Shown one piece after another: positions 37,397 through 50,392 of a stretch of 64,000 nt of DNA. Both the position numbers and the translations under genes were made by a program. The notes beneath the pieces were generated by a model. It did not search any database. It worked only from the letters and a program-made list of their open reading frames with translations, and had not been told where the DNA came from. The stretch covers positions 75,464 through 139,463 of the forward strand of contig JBBRSP010000014.1 in assembly GCA_038245295.1 (NCBI GenBank), given 5' to 3'. Numbering within the stretch: the stretch's first letter is position 1; each line of letters begins with the position of its first letter. The stretch is from Candidatus Binatia bacterium (GTDB lineage Bacteria; Desulfobacterota; Binatia; HRBIN30).

Positions 37397-37421
37397 GTCC
37401 TATACGACCTATGGGACCTAT
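37393..37421. repeat. Solo 9-bp repeat/hairpin ATAGGTCCT ATACGACCT ATGGGACCT AT
   Basis: Period-9 units; ATAGGTCC (37393-37400) pairs with GGACCTAT (37414-37421). Confidence 0.65.
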
Positions 37422-37431
37422 TGGAGAAAAC

Positions 37432-39585
<2,154 letters not shown>

Positions 39586-39600
39586 GAGAGGTGGAGCGGG

Positions 39601-39743
39601 CTTCGAGACGCCGCTTCGGCTCTTTTTCCGTCGCGAGCGGCTCCTCAGCCCGAGCGGGTCTGGGGTCTCCAAGACACCCACACCCTACCGCTCGCCCTGA
39701 GGAGGCGCCCTTGCAGGGATCGGAATGGAGCGCCGTCTCGAAG
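39601..39743. repeat. Long composite palindromic REP/RIME-like element (CTTCGAGACG...CTCCTCAG / CTGAGGAG...CGTCTCGAAG)
   Basis: 39601-39610 pairs with 39734-39743, 39641-39648 with 39697-39704, and 39651-39657 with 39688-39694. Confidence 0.75.
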
Positions 39744-39779
39744 GGCGCGCGTTCCGCCTAACGAAGCGATTCTGTCCCT

Positions 39780-40784
39780 ATGCCGACTTCCGCATCATCC
39801 ATTCAGACCCTGGCCCAAGGCTTGCGCAGCGGTAACCGCCGTTCGCTGGCCAAGGCGATCACGCTCGTCGAAAGCACCCGCGCCGATCATCAGGCCGACG
39901 CGCAGCGACTGCTCGAAGCCGTCCTACCGGCGACCGGCAAAGCGGTTCGCATCGGCATCAGCGGCGTGCCGGGTGTCGGCAAGAGCACGTTCATCGAAGC
40001 CTTCGGCCTGCACCTGATCGGACAGGGCAAACGTGTTGCGGTTCTCGCGGTTGATCCGTCGAGCGCCATCTCGGGCGGCAGCATTCTCGGTGACAAGACA
40101 CGGATGGCGCAGCTCTCCGCCGCCCCCGAAGCCTTCATCCGTCCCAGCCCATCGGCTGGCTCCCTTGGCGGCGTCGCACGCCGCACACGCGAAGCAATGC
40201 TGGTCTGTGAGGCGGGAGGTTACGACGTCATCCTCGTCGAGACCGTCGGGGTCGGGCAATCGGAGTTCACCGTCGCCTCGATGGTCGACTTCTTCCTCGT
40301 GCTCATGCTAGCCGGCGCCGGCGACGAGTTGCAAGGCATCAAGAAAGGCATCCTCGAGCTCGTCGATGCTCTCGCCATCAACAAGGCCGACGGCGACAAC
40401 CTCAAACGGGCCGAGCAAGCCGCCGCCGAATACCGCGGCGCCCTGCGGCTGTTCCGCCACAACACGGCGCTGTGGGACCCGCCGGTTGTGACCGTAAGCG
40501 GCTTGCATGCCAACGGTATGGAAAAGATCTGGACCATCGTCCAGCAACACCACGACGCGTTGTGCCAAGCTGGAGCACTCGCCGAGAGACGCCGGCAACA
40601 ACAACGCACTTGGATGTTCTCGATGATCGACGACGGACTGCGCGGGCACTTCTTCGCGCGCCGCGATGTCGCCGCCGCCCTTGTGGAGATGGAAGATGCG
40701 GTCGCCCGCAACCGCATCACCCCGACCGAAGCAGCCAACCGCGTCCTTGGCTTGCTCGACATTACGGCGCCCAGCGAGCGCTGA
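39780..40784 (+). CDS. meaB: Methylmalonyl-CoA mutase-associated GTPase
   Basis: GVPGVGKS, GGSILGDKTRM, ETVGVGQSE and NKAD. Confidence 0.96.
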   Translation: MPTSASSIQTLAQGLRSGNRRSLAKAITLVESTRADHQADAQRLLEAVLPATGKAVRIGISGVPGVGKSTFIEAFGLHLIGQGKRVAVLAVDPSSAISGGSILGDKTRMAQLSAAPEAFIRPSPSAGSLGGVARRTREAMLVCEAGGYDVILVETVGVGQSEFTVASMVDFFLVLMLAGAGDELQGIKKGILELVDALAINKADGDNLKRAEQAAAEYRGALRLFRHNTALWDPPVVTVSGLHANGMEKIWTIVQQHHDALCQAGALAERRRQQQRTWMFSMIDDGLRGHFFARRDVAAALVEMEDAVARNRITPTEAANRVLGLLDITAPSER

Positions 40785-40828
40785 AGAGAGATCCAAACAT
40801 CATTCAAACTGCACTGAGCGAGTGTGGA

Positions 40829-40880
40829 ACCGCAGGGCATTCAAACGCGGGGCCTCGGCGCGCTCTGCCCTCTGCGGTGA
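40829..40880. repeat. ACCGCAG...CTCGGCG/CTCTGC/CTCTGCGGTGA short-repeat palindrome between convergent genes
   Basis: ACCGCAGGGC (40829) pairs imperfectly with GCCCTCTGCGGT (40867). Confidence 0.45.
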
Positions 40881-40903
40881 GGTCCTTGTCACATTGGAAC
40901 TAA

Positions 40904-42520
40904 CTACCTCGGCGACGGCATGGTCAAATCGAGCGGCGCGATCCAATAGATCTCGCCGACCGTATCGCTGCTGAGGAACAGTCGACCATCCGGCGCGAAC
41001 GCCACGTTGGCTGGGCGGCCGTGCGACAGCGACCCATCGTCCCAGCCGGTGGCGAAATCCAACATTGAACCCATTGAGCTGCCGCTGAGGTCGGAGCCTG
41101 GAAGCACTTCTCCGCTCACCGGGTCGACAGCCATCGCCACCACACGTGCTCCCTGCCACGTACCGTAGGCACCATGCTGCGGCACGAAGACGCGGTTGCG
41201 CCACGGCTCGGGCCACTTCCCCGGCTCGAAGTCGAGATCGAAGGGTGTGTTCCCGATGTAGAATGCGCCCGGCTCTTCGACCACATTGGTACAATCGGGC
41301 TTCGGGATCAGATCCGGGTAGGGCTTGTTCGCCGTGGCGCAACACGGGAAGCCCCAATCGCCGCCCTGGCGAATCGGCACAAGTTTCTCGCGTCCGCCGA
41401 CGCCGGCGGTGTAGTCGCGCGCCAACTCGATGGCGTAACACAGGTTGTGGCCGCGCGAGCAACGGATGGAGATGGGATTGCGGAAACCTTTCGCGACCGG
41501 AAGCCCGCCAGCCGAGCCGTCGAGAGCAAAGATACCACCATGGAAGGGGCGATCCGGGGTGCAGCGCTCCTCCTGATCACCGCCGTTGGCGACGAAGATC
41601 GTTCCGTCGTCGGCAATATCCATCGCCTTCGGCCAATGCAGCGACGAGAAGTACAAATCAATTTTCGCGACTTGCTCACTCGGGCCGGACGGCAGTCGGT
41701 CTCCCGACGTGTAGGGGACACGCATCACGTTGACGCGATCCTGGTAGTAGAAGAAGCCGTCGGTAAACAGCATACCCTGTGTCGACGGCAGGCTGCTCAG
41801 GAAGGTCTTCACAGCATCGCCGTTGCCATCACGGTCGTCGTCCGGAATGATCACCAACGCCGCACGACCGCCGGGTCCACCACCGGTGCTGCCCGTTGTC
41901 GGAGAGGCAACGAAGAGATCGCCGTTCGGGGCAAATCGCAATTGCCGAGGATTGCCCAGTTTCGAATAGAAGTGGGCGCAAAAGCCGTTCGGCATGTTCA
42001 TGAACGTCAGATCGCGCACGCCGGTCGGGCCGCCGGGAACAACAACCACGCCGGCCTCGGTGTTCTGCACGGAGCCCGGCAGATCGCAGAAACGCCACGC
42101 CACAGCGACCGTTGGCGTACTCGTGGCAGGCTCCGTCGGCGTCGGCGTCGCCGTCGGCGATAGGCTCGGCACCAGCGTGTTCGTAAACGAGGGAGTTGCA
42201 CTCGGAATCGCCGTTGCCGTAGGGCTTGGAACGGCCGTCGTCGGTTCCGGTGTGGGGCTGGGCTCAGTGGACAGCGCGGAATTGACAGCGGCAATGATCT
42301 CGTCGACCGTGACCAGCCCGTCGCCATCGGAGTCACCGGCCGGACACACCACCAGGGGCGCGTTGTCGAGAGCGATGTTGACCATCGTGACCAGATCGCT
42401 GATCGTCACACTGCCATCACCATCACAGTCGCCGGCCAGTGGCGCGGCAGCGGCCGAGCCAAATGCGACCCCCATGAGGGCGACAGCCAAGAGTACGATG
42501 TTACGCAAACTAGACCGCAT
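40904..42520 (-). CDS. Secreted protein: dockerin-like double EF-hand domain + Pro/Thr linker + glucose/sorbosone dehydrogenase-like beta-propeller
   Basis: Signal peptide; GDCDGDGSVTISDL...GDSDGDGLVTVDEI; NPRQL.FAPNGDLFV, GFRNP, DWGFP and GRPANV...PDG.L..SSD. Confidence 0.8.
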   Translation of the reverse strand: MRSSLRNIVLLAVALMGVAFGSAAAAPLAGDCDGDGSVTISDLVTMVNIALDNAPLVVCPAGDSDGDGLVTVDEIIAAVNSALSTEPSPTPEPTTAVPSPTATAIPSATPSFTNTLVPSLSPTATPTPTEPATSTPTVAVAWRFCDLPGSVQNTEAGVVVVPGGPTGVRDLTFMNMPNGFCAHFYSKLGNPRQLRFAPNGDLFVASPTTGSTGGGPGGRAALVIIPDDDRDGNGDAVKTFLSSLPSTQGMLFTDGFFYYQDRVNVMRVPYTSGDRLPSGPSEQVAKIDLYFSSLHWPKAMDIADDGTIFVANGGDQEERCTPDRPFHGGIFALDGSAGGLPVAKGFRNPISIRCSRGHNLCYAIELARDYTAGVGGREKLVPIRQGGDWGFPCCATANKPYPDLIPKPDCTNVVEEPGAFYIGNTPFDLDFEPGKWPEPWRNRVFVPQHGAYGTWQGARVVAMAVDPVSGEVLPGSDLSGSSMGSMLDFATGWDDGSLSHGRPANVAFAPDGRLFLSSDTVGEIYWIAPLDLTMPSPR

Positions 42521-42722
42521 TCCGATGGAGGCGCAGGCGTGAAACCTCGCCGGCCGGCAACAACATACGCCGAGCGTCGATCGAATATCTTGGGCTGTCA
42601 TCGGAAGAGTCATACAAACACCTGCCACCTGGTCGCAACTTCGCTCGGCGCAAACTATCAATGCGTCATCGGGCTCGCAATTCGCCCTACCCGCCCGCAG
42701 CGCGTTTGGCTATCGAGTCGCG

Positions 42723-44336
42723 GTGAATCCGCTGCCGCCGTGGACTTGGAACATCCCCGAGCATTTCAACATTGCCGTGGCGTGCACCGATGCCCACGTC
42801 GAGACGCAAGGTGATCGCCAGGCGGTCATCGTTCACGACGCGGTGCACGGCAGCCAATCTCTCACCTACGCACAACTGAGCTCCGCAACCGATCGCGTGG
42901 GGCAATTGCTGCGCAATCTCGGAATTGCCGCTGGCGACCGGGTTTTGATTCGCCTGCCCAACTGCCTTGAGTATCCACTGATCTTCCTTGGTGCGATGAA
43001 GTGCGCCGCGGTGCCGGTGCCGACCTCGATCCTGCTGACTGCCGACGAAGTGGTCTATCTGGCCGGAGACTCCGGCGCGGCGGCACTGGTGACCAACCGC
43101 GCCACGTGGAACGAGCTACACGAAACATTCGAAGGCATTGCGTCGCTGCGCTGCGTGATTCTTGTCGACGAAGGTAGCGTGGCGGCGCCGACTCGGCTGC
43201 GTCTGGTGAACCTTTCGACGGCCGTTGCGGCGATCCAGATCTGCGAGGCACCCGCCGTTACACGCGCCGATGATCCTGCCTACCTCGTCTACACCTCGGG
43301 AACGACGGGCTACGCCAAGGGCGTGCTGCACGCACATCGGGTCCTTCTCGGCAAACAACCTTCGTCGGAATACTGGTTCGACTTCCTTCCCGACGGTGAG
43401 CGTGTGTTGCATTCAGGCAAGTACAATTGGACCTACGTCCTGGGCACCGGGATGATGGACCCGATGTACCGCGGCCACACGACAATTGTCTACGAAGGGC
43501 CGAACGACCCACACGTCTGGCCTGAACTGATTGCGCGTCACGGTGCGACGACGTTCATCGGTGTGCCCACTTTGTATCGCCAGATCCTGCAACGCACCGA
43601 GCTCGGGGCCAAGGACGTCCCTACCCTGCGACACTGCATGTCGGCCGGCGAACATCTATCGGACGAATTGCTCGCCGGCTGGCGCGCGCGATTCGACATG
43701 AACATTTACGAGGGGCTCGGCATGACCGAGCTCTCCTATTACCTTTGCGAGACCGCGTCGCGGCCGATCCGTCCCGGCTCCGCCGGCTTCGCGCAGCCCG
43801 GACACGACGTGCACCTCCTCAATCCCGAGACCTGGAATGAAGTGGCCGTCAACGAGGAAGGCATGATGTGCATCCCTCGCACCGACCCGGCCCTGATGCT
43901 CGGTTACTGGAATCAGCCGGAGGAAACCGAGCGCTGCTTTCACGGCGAGTGGTTCCTCACGGGTGACTATGCACGGCGCGATGAAGACGGATACATCTGG
44001 TTTCTCGGCCGCAAGGACGATCTGATCAAGAGCTTTGGTTATCGCGTCTCACCGCATGAAGTCGACCGCGTCCTCAAGGAACACAGCGGCGTCGCCGATG
44101 CCGCGACCGTCGGCGAGATCATCGGCCCCGACAAGATGATCGTCGTCTCCTACGTCGTGCCGCGCCCCGACGCGACGATCGCGCCGGATGATCTTGTCGC
44201 CTATGGCCGCAAGCACCTGGCAACCTACAAGGCTCCGAAGGTCGTCTATTTCGTCGATGACCTGCCGCGCACGCGTAACGGCAAAGTGCTGCGGCGGGCG
44301 CTCAGTCCACAACACGCGACACGCCACTCCGGTTGA
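42723..44336 (+). CDS. Acyl-CoA synthetase (benzoate-CoA ligase/medium-chain type)
   Basis: YTSGTTGYAKG, SAGE, GMTE, TGD, GRKDD and PRTRNGK. Confidence 0.93.
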   Translation: MNPLPPWTWNIPEHFNIAVACTDAHVETQGDRQAVIVHDAVHGSQSLTYAQLSSATDRVGQLLRNLGIAAGDRVLIRLPNCLEYPLIFLGAMKCAAVPVPTSILLTADEVVYLAGDSGAAALVTNRATWNELHETFEGIASLRCVILVDEGSVAAPTRLRLVNLSTAVAAIQICEAPAVTRADDPAYLVYTSGTTGYAKGVLHAHRVLLGKQPSSEYWFDFLPDGERVLHSGKYNWTYVLGTGMMDPMYRGHTTIVYEGPNDPHVWPELIARHGATTFIGVPTLYRQILQRTELGAKDVPTLRHCMSAGEHLSDELLAGWRARFDMNIYEGLGMTELSYYLCETASRPIRPGSAGFAQPGHDVHLLNPETWNEVAVNEEGMMCIPRTDPALMLGYWNQPEETERCFHGEWFLTGDYARRDEDGYIWFLGRKDDLIKSFGYRVSPHEVDRVLKEHSGVADAATVGEIIGPDKMIVVSYVVPRPDATIAPDDLVAYGRKHLATYKAPKVVYFVDDLPRTRNGKVLRRALSPQHATRHSG

Positions 44337-44399
44337 ACCGGCAGCGCTCGATGCACGTCGCCTCGAGCCGGCGTTTGGTACCCCCTGAGCCCAAACGCA

Positions 44400-44430
44400 C
44401 GGCGGCGACCGCTAGAGCCGGTCGCCGCCG
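44400..44430. terminator. GC-rich hairpin between convergent genes (candidate terminator)
   Basis: Perfect 11-bp stem CGGCGGCGACC/GGTCGCCGCCG; no clear U-tract. Confidence 0.45.
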
Positions 44431-44534
44431 CTGCTGGGCGTCCATGCTTCATGGACGCAAGAGCTGAAGGACGCTTCCTAGTTACAGATCCGGTTCACGC
44501 ACACACCACGACTGTCGCGGTCGGGATTGACCAA

Positions 44535-46517
44535 TCAATTGCCGCCGCCGGCGATCGTACACGCGCCGGCGCCGTCGCAGGCACAGTTATTCGGGCTCGC
44601 GCAACCGTCCATCAGTGGCGGGCCCATCGGCGGCGTGGCGATACATTGCTGCGTCGCCGTCGTGTCGGAGCCAACCAGTGTGCTGACCGGGGCGCACACA
44701 CCATTGGTCGCTCCGGTGAGCGCCGTGTTGCAGGCGTAGCAAAGGTCGTCACAGACGGTATTGCAGCAGTAGCCGTCAATGCAGTGCCCGGTGAAGCACT
44801 GTGCATCGGTGGTGCAGGCTTCGGGCGGCGGCGGCGGCGGGTTGGCGAACGAAACCGACGACGGGATGCACATCTCCTTGGGGAAGCGAATGTACAGTTG
44901 GCCCTTGCCGAAGTCGTTGCTGGTAAACATCCGGCCCGGCGAGGCGAACGAGCCGTCGCGGGTCAGGCGGTAACACAACAGGTGCCCAATGTGAGTTATC
45001 GCGTCGGGGTTGTTGCCACTGATGTCCGTGGGCATGCACAGACGCAGCGGCTTGAGCAGGGTCACAGGCGCGGTGCGGAATTGATCGGTGGTGACGTTGA
45101 AGGTGCGTGGCGTGTACGCGGGCTGCCCTTTCGCCTTCTGGACGCGGTAGCAGGTGAAGTCGTCGAGCGTGATCGGCGTCGAGGGCAGTGAGTTCGGGCT
45201 CTTTCCGGTTTGCAGCACGACGCGGAACGGCCAACGCATCTTGAGTTGCAGGGTCTCGTATTGGTTGGTGACGGTAACGTTCTCCGGTAGAATTGCCGAC
45301 ATCGGTCGGCGCGATGGGCGCACGACGCGGTCGGTGTAACTTTCCATGTGCTCGGTTCGCAGCGGGATCAACGGCTGACCATTATTGATACTGGTTGGCG
45401 TGCAAAGATCCTGCGGGCCTTTGATCTTCACGTCGGGGGCGATGCTGTTGTTGAACACATCGGCCACCGTTTTAGCGCCGGCGTTCGGATGGGCAATCGT
45501 CACGCCAGAGCGGTAACACTGGATGCCGCAGTTTTGCTTAAAGAGGTCGGTTGGGCATTGCGGGCCGCTGCCGGTGCAGTACTCTTCGATGTCGCAGACG
45601 TTGGTTTCGGGACGACACAATGTCGAGCTATCGAGGTAGAGATCAGTGGGGCAATCGAGGCTTGCGCCGTCGCAGTATTCGACGACATCGCACTTGCCCT
45701 GCAGCAATCGGCAAAGCGCCGTCGTCGGTTTCACGGCGTCGCTCGGACAGGCATCGTTGACGCCGTCGCAGTTTTCGACGACGTCACAAACGCCGGCCGA
45801 CCCGCGGCAGACGGTTGTTGTCGGGCTCTTCGAATCCGCAGGACAGGTGGCGGAAACACCATCGCAGTGCTCGGCGGGATCGCAGACGCCCGCGGTAGTG
45901 CGACACTCGGTTGTCGTTGGCTCACGCATGTCTGCCGGGCAGGCCGTGGACGAACCGTCGCAGATCTCATCCGGATCACAGATTCCGGCCGAGGCGCGAC
46001 ATGTCGTCTCAACCGGCATGACGGCATCGGTTGGGCACGCGTCACTTGAACCGTCGCAGTTCTCAACTTCGTCACAAAGGCCGGCTGCCGGACGGCAGAC
46101 TGTGGTTGTCGGATTCTTGGCATCCGCCGAGCAGGCGCCGACGCCGTCGCAATTGTCCGCAGTGTCGCACACATCGACAGCGGCGCGACAAAGGGTCGTT
46201 GTCGGAGCAAAATTGGTGACGCACGTCCCCGCACCGTCGCAGTGATCGGCCGGGTCGCAAGCCCCGTTGGCTGGGCTGCAGATCGTACTCGTTGATTCGT
46301 ATTGACAGAATTGATCGCAGCAATCGCCGTTGGCAGTGCCACCGTCATCGCATTGCTCACCCATGTCGACGTTGCCGTCACCACAAGTGGGAGGAAGAAT
46401 GGCGGCCGCGAGGTGGGCGTTGAACGCCACCGCCGCAACGGCCATCAATGCCAACTTGCCGAATTGTTTAAAGGGGCTCCGAGGCCCCCCCATGGTTCCT
46501 ACCCTGGATATCATCAT
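44535..46517 (-). CDS. Secreted Cys-rich protein with a Myxococcus-type Cys repeat and eight disintegrin-like repeats
   Basis: CGDGNVDMGEQCDDG; 8 x C(R/S)xxxxxCDxxxxC(D/T)G...C of ~31-32 aa; GGAGG RBS before ATG 46517. Confidence 0.8.
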   Translation of the reverse strand: MMISRVGTMGGPRSPFKQFGKLALMAVAAVAFNAHLAAAILPPTCGDGNVDMGEQCDDGGTANGDCCDQFCQYESTSTICSPANGACDPADHCDGAGTCVTNFAPTTTLCRAAVDVCDTADNCDGVGACSADAKNPTTTVCRPAAGLCDEVENCDGSSDACPTDAVMPVETTCRASAGICDPDEICDGSSTACPADMREPTTTECRTTAGVCDPAEHCDGVSATCPADSKSPTTTVCRGSAGVCDVVENCDGVNDACPSDAVKPTTALCRLLQGKCDVVEYCDGASLDCPTDLYLDSSTLCRPETNVCDIEEYCTGSGPQCPTDLFKQNCGIQCYRSGVTIAHPNAGAKTVADVFNNSIAPDVKIKGPQDLCTPTSINNGQPLIPLRTEHMESYTDRVVRPSRRPMSAILPENVTVTNQYETLQLKMRWPFRVVLQTGKSPNSLPSTPITLDDFTCYRVQKAKGQPAYTPRTFNVTTDQFRTAPVTLLKPLRLCMPTDISGNNPDAITHIGHLLCYRLTRDGSFASPGRMFTSNDFGKGQLYIRFPKEMCIPSSVSFANPPPPPPEACTTDAQCFTGHCIDGYCCNTVCDDLCYACNTALTGATNGVCAPVSTLVGSDTTATQQCIATPPMGPPLMDGCASPNNCACDGAGACTIAGGGN

Positions 46518-46710
46518 TGTTGCTGTCCTCCACTGCGGCTGCGATTCGATCTCGGCCGCGGCAACAACGTTGCCGCGCATCGAGGGACGACCAATACCAT
46601 GCGCAGGCCGCCCCTTGTCAACGTAAGACTACCCCAGGCTGGCGCGGGGTTCCCCTTGAGGACCCTTGAGAGGCGGCCCTGACCGATGCAGATCCAAAGG
46701 GTGGGCGACC

Positions 46711-48453
46711 TCAGTCGAGACGTTTCAGAAGCTCCTGGCGCTGGCTCTCCAACTCCTCGGGCAGCCGATCACCGAACTTGGCGAAGAACTCGCCGACGCT
46801 CGCCGCCTCGGCGCGCCACTCGTCGCCGTTGATGTCGAACAACTCGGCCATCGTGGCTTCATTGACGCTGAGGCCCTGCAGATCGAGCCCGCCCTTGGCC
46901 GGCAGGAGACCAATCGGCGAACGCGTCGCCTCGCCCTGCCCTTCGCAGCGATCAACGATCCAACGCAGGACGCGCATGTTTTCGCCGAAACCGGGCCAGA
47001 TAAACTTGCCTTCGGCGTTCTGGCGGAACCAATTGACGTGGAAGATCTTGGGCGGGTTCTTCAGCTTGGCGCCGACATCAAGCCAGTGGCTGAAGTAGTC
47101 GCCCATGTTGTATCCGCAGAACGGTAGCATGGCCATTGGATCGCGTCGCACGACGCCGACGGCGCCGGTAGCGGCCGCCGTCGTCTCGGAGGCAACCGAG
47201 GCGCCCACATAGACGCCGTGCTTCCAATCAAAGGCCTCGTAGACCAGCGGTGCCGTGCGCGCCCGGCGCCCACCGAAGATGATAGCGGACAGCGGCACGC
47301 CCTCGGGCGCATTGAACTTCGGGGAGATCGACGGGCACTGAATCGCCGGCGCCGTGAAGCGCGAGTTCGGATGCGCCGCCTTTTCCTTCGACCCCTTCCG
47401 CCACGGCTCGCCGCGCCAGTCGGTCAGCTTCTCCGGCACCTCGCCGTCGAACCCTTCCCACCACGGGGTGTTATCCTCGGTAACCGCAACATTGGTGAAG
47501 ATGCTGTTCTTGCGCAGCGACTCCATCGCATTGAAGTTGGTTTTCGAGGACGTGCCCGGCGCGACACCGAAGAATCCCGCTTCCGGATTGATGGCCCACA
47601 GGCGGCCGTCCGCGCCAGGTCGGATCCATGCAATGTCGTCACCGATCGTCCACGTCTTCCAACCCTTCTGCGACGCCGGCGGAATGAGCATGGCAAGATT
47701 GGTCTTGCCGCACGCGCTCGGAAACGCGGCAGCGATGTAGTGGACTTCTCCCTGCGGGCTTTCGAGCCCGAGAATCAACATGTGTTCCGCCAGCCAACCT
47801 TCTTCGTTGGCCTGCTTGCTGGCGATGCGCAGCGCAAAACACTTCTTGCCGAGCAGCGCGTTGCCGCCGTAACCGGAGCCGACGCTCCAAATCGCCTTCT
47901 CTTCCGGGAAGTGCAGGATGTAACGCCGCTCGGGGCTGAGATCACCGAGCGAATGGAGGCCTTTGACGAAGTCGTCGCTGTCGCCGAGCTGCTTGAGCGC
48001 CGCGTCGCCCATGCGAGTCATGATGCGCATGTTGGCGACCACATAGGGGCTGTCGGTGATCTCGACGCCGACTTTGCTCGACGGTGAACCGATCGGACCC
48101 ATGACGTAGGGAATCACGTACATCGTCCGGCCCAGCATGGCGCCGGCAAACAGCGGCGTCACTTTGGCGCGCGCCTCGTCGGGAGCCATCCAATTGTTGC
48201 TGGGCCCGGCGTCGTCTTTGTTCTTCGAGCAGATGAAGGTCAGGTGTTCGGTGCGTGCCACGTCGCTGGGGTCGCTGCGATGCAGAAAGCAGTTGGGAAA
48301 CTTTTCATGGTTCAGAGCTTGCAGAGTCCCGTCCGCCAGCATCTGCTCCACCAACTGATCATTTTCCCCCTGTGAGCCATCGCAGTAGTGAATCTTCGCG
48401 GGCTTCGTAAGCGCTGCAACCTCGTCCACCCAAGTCTTCAAAGCTTTATTCAC
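46711..48453 (-). CDS. pckG: Phosphoenolpyruvate carboxykinase (GTP)
   Basis: [33 protein letters not shown] and AHPNSRF; GTG start. Confidence 0.97.
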   Translation of the reverse strand: MNKALKTWVDEVAALTKPAKIHYCDGSQGENDQLVEQMLADGTLQALNHEKFPNCFLHRSDPSDVARTEHLTFICSKNKDDAGPSNNWMAPDEARAKVTPLFAGAMLGRTMYVIPYVMGPIGSPSSKVGVEITDSPYVVANMRIMTRMGDAALKQLGDSDDFVKGLHSLGDLSPERRYILHFPEEKAIWSVGSGYGGNALLGKKCFALRIASKQANEEGWLAEHMLILGLESPQGEVHYIAAAFPSACGKTNLAMLIPPASQKGWKTWTIGDDIAWIRPGADGRLWAINPEAGFFGVAPGTSSKTNFNAMESLRKNSIFTNVAVTEDNTPWWEGFDGEVPEKLTDWRGEPWRKGSKEKAAHPNSRFTAPAIQCPSISPKFNAPEGVPLSAIIFGGRRARTAPLVYEAFDWKHGVYVGASVASETTAAATGAVGVVRRDPMAMLPFCGYNMGDYFSHWLDVGAKLKNPPKIFHVNWFRQNAEGKFIWPGFGENMRVLRWIVDRCEGQGEATRSPIGLLPAKGGLDLQGLSVNEATMAELFDINGDEWRAEAASVGEFFAKFGDRLPEELESQRQELLKRLD

Positions 48454-48472
48454 AGCCGACCCCTTCGTGATC

Positions 48473-49327
48473 TTACAATGTGCTGGCAACGCAGCGATTG
48501 CGCAGCGTGCCGATGTTTTCGATGGTGCTGATGATCACTTCATCAGCTTTCAGGTAGCGACGCGGGTTGCGCGTTGAGCCGACGCCCGCCGGTGTCCCGG
48601 TGAAGATGAGATCGCCCGGCGTCAGAGTGCAGCGCCGCGATAGGAATGCGATCAAGCTCGACACCGAGAAGATCAGATCGCTGGTGCGCGCCCCCTGCAC
48701 CTGTTCGTCGCCAATCCAACACTCGAGCTCGAGGTCGTTAGGGTCCTTGAACGCATCGAGGGTCACCAGCAGCGGCCCGGTCGGCCCGTAGGTATCGTAC
48801 GACTTGCCCATCGAGAACTGCGGCGGTGTATCGGCGAACTGCGCCTTGCGGTCCGAGATGTCCTGCCCGACAGTAAACCCGGCCACGTGGTCGAGCGCGT
48901 TCTCTTCGGAGATGCCACGCCCGCCTTTGCCGATCGCCACAACCAATTCCACTTCCCAATCGACGTGCCCCGAGGACAGCTCGACATCGACGAACGGGCC
49001 GCTGATGCAATTGGGGAACTTGGTGAACACCACCGGCGCGGTTGGAATGGGCATACCGGCTTCGGTGGCGTGGGCGCGGTAGTTCATGCCGATACCGAAG
49101 ACCTTGAGCGGGCGTGGTACCGGCGCACCGAGATCGCCATCGATGAGCGGCGCTTCCGTATCACCCGGAAGCAAGCCAGTGGCCCAATCGAGCAGACTCG
49201 GCCAGCGCCGCACGGCATCCATCGGATCCGAGGTGAACTTTCCCTTCGACGCGCGTTCAACGTCGGCGACCCGATCGCCGATGACAATCGAAGCCCTACC
49301 CTTCACATTCGCGAATCGCACACTCAT
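48473..49327 (-). CDS. Fumarylacetoacetate hydrolase family protein
   Basis: [25 protein letters not shown] and GDLIFTGTP. Confidence 0.93.
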   Translation of the reverse strand: MSVRFANVKGRASIVIGDRVADVERASKGKFTSDPMDAVRRWPSLLDWATGLLPGDTEAPLIDGDLGAPVPRPLKVFGIGMNYRAHATEAGMPIPTAPVVFTKFPNCISGPFVDVELSSGHVDWEVELVVAIGKGGRGISEENALDHVAGFTVGQDISDRKAQFADTPPQFSMGKSYDTYGPTGPLLVTLDAFKDPNDLELECWIGDEQVQGARTSDLIFSVSSLIAFLSRRCTLTPGDLIFTGTPAGVGSTRNPRRYLKADEVIISTIENIGTLRNRCVASTL

Positions 49328-49342
49328 TGCGGCGCCTTGCTC

Positions 49343-50392
49343 CTACAAGCCATAGGCCTGTGCCAACTCGGGGTCTTTGCGAGCCAACATGGTGGCCAGG
49401 TTGACCATCACTTTGCACTGCTTCCAGGTCGCATCGTCCTGCATCTTGCCGTCGATCATTTGCACACCACGGCCGTCGGGCATCGCCTCGAGCACGCGTT
49501 TGGCGAAGATAACTTCGTCGACCGGCGGGCTGAAGACTTTCTTGGCGATGGCAATCTGACTCGGGTGGAGCGACCAGGCACCGACACAGCCGAGAAGAAA
49601 GGCGGCGCGGAACTGATCCTCACATCCCAGGGGATCGGAGATATCGCCGAACGGTCCATAGAAAGGTAGCGCCCCCGTGGCGGTGCAAGCATCGACCATG
49701 CGCGCGATCGAATAGTGCCAGGGGTCTTGCTGCGACGTCGGACGCGGCGCCTCCGGATGCGCCTTGTCGGGGTCGCTGCGCACCAGGTACGCCGGGTGTC
49801 CGCCGCCGACGCGCGTCGTTTTCATGCGGCGCGACGCAGCCAGGTCGGCCGGTCCAAAACTGATTCCCTGGATGCGCGGGCTGGCGGCACAGATTTCCTC
49901 GACATTGGCAACGCCGAGCGCCGTCTCGAGGATGGCGTGCACCAAAATCGGCCGCTGAACTTTATGGCGGGCTTCGAGTTGTGCCAGCAGGCGATCGACG
50001 AAGTGAATGTCCCACGGGCCCTCGACCTTGGGGATCATAAGGACTTCGAGTTTGTTGCCGATTTCGCCGACCAGCCGCATGACATCGTCGAGGAACCACG
50101 GGCTATCGAGGCTGTTGACGCGACTCCACAACGGCGTATCGCCGAGATCCACCTCGCGGCCAATCTTGACCAGTCCTTCGCGCGCGTCGACCTTTTTGTC
50201 GAAGGGAATGGCGTCTTCCAGATTGCCCAGCAGAATGTCGGTCTGCTTGGCAATCTCGGGCAGTTTCGCGGCCATCTTCGGATTGCTGCCGTCGAAGAAA
50301 TGGATCGAGCGGGACGGCTTGACGGGAATGTCGAGCATCGGAGTCGGCGCGCCAACAGCGAGTGGCTTGCCGAAATCGCGAGGATTGCGCAT
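49343..50392 (-). CDS. mcl: Malyl-CoA/beta-methylmalyl-CoA lyase (CitE-like CoA ester lyase, Chloroflexus-type)
   Basis: [52 protein letters not shown] and terminal AQAYGL, all recalled from Chloroflexus Mcl. Confidence 0.88.
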   Translation of the reverse strand: MRNPRDFGKPLAVGAPTPMLDIPVKPSRSIHFFDGSNPKMAAKLPEIAKQTDILLGNLEDAIPFDKKVDAREGLVKIGREVDLGDTPLWSRVNSLDSPWFLDDVMRLVGEIGNKLEVLMIPKVEGPWDIHFVDRLLAQLEARHKVQRPILVHAILETALGVANVEEICAASPRIQGISFGPADLAASRRMKTTRVGGGHPAYLVRSDPDKAHPEAPRPTSQQDPWHYSIARMVDACTATGALPFYGPFGDISDPLGCEDQFRAAFLLGCVGAWSLHPSQIAIAKKVFSPPVDEVIFAKRVLEAMPDGRGVQMIDGKMQDDATWKQCKVMVNLATMLARKDPELAQAYGL

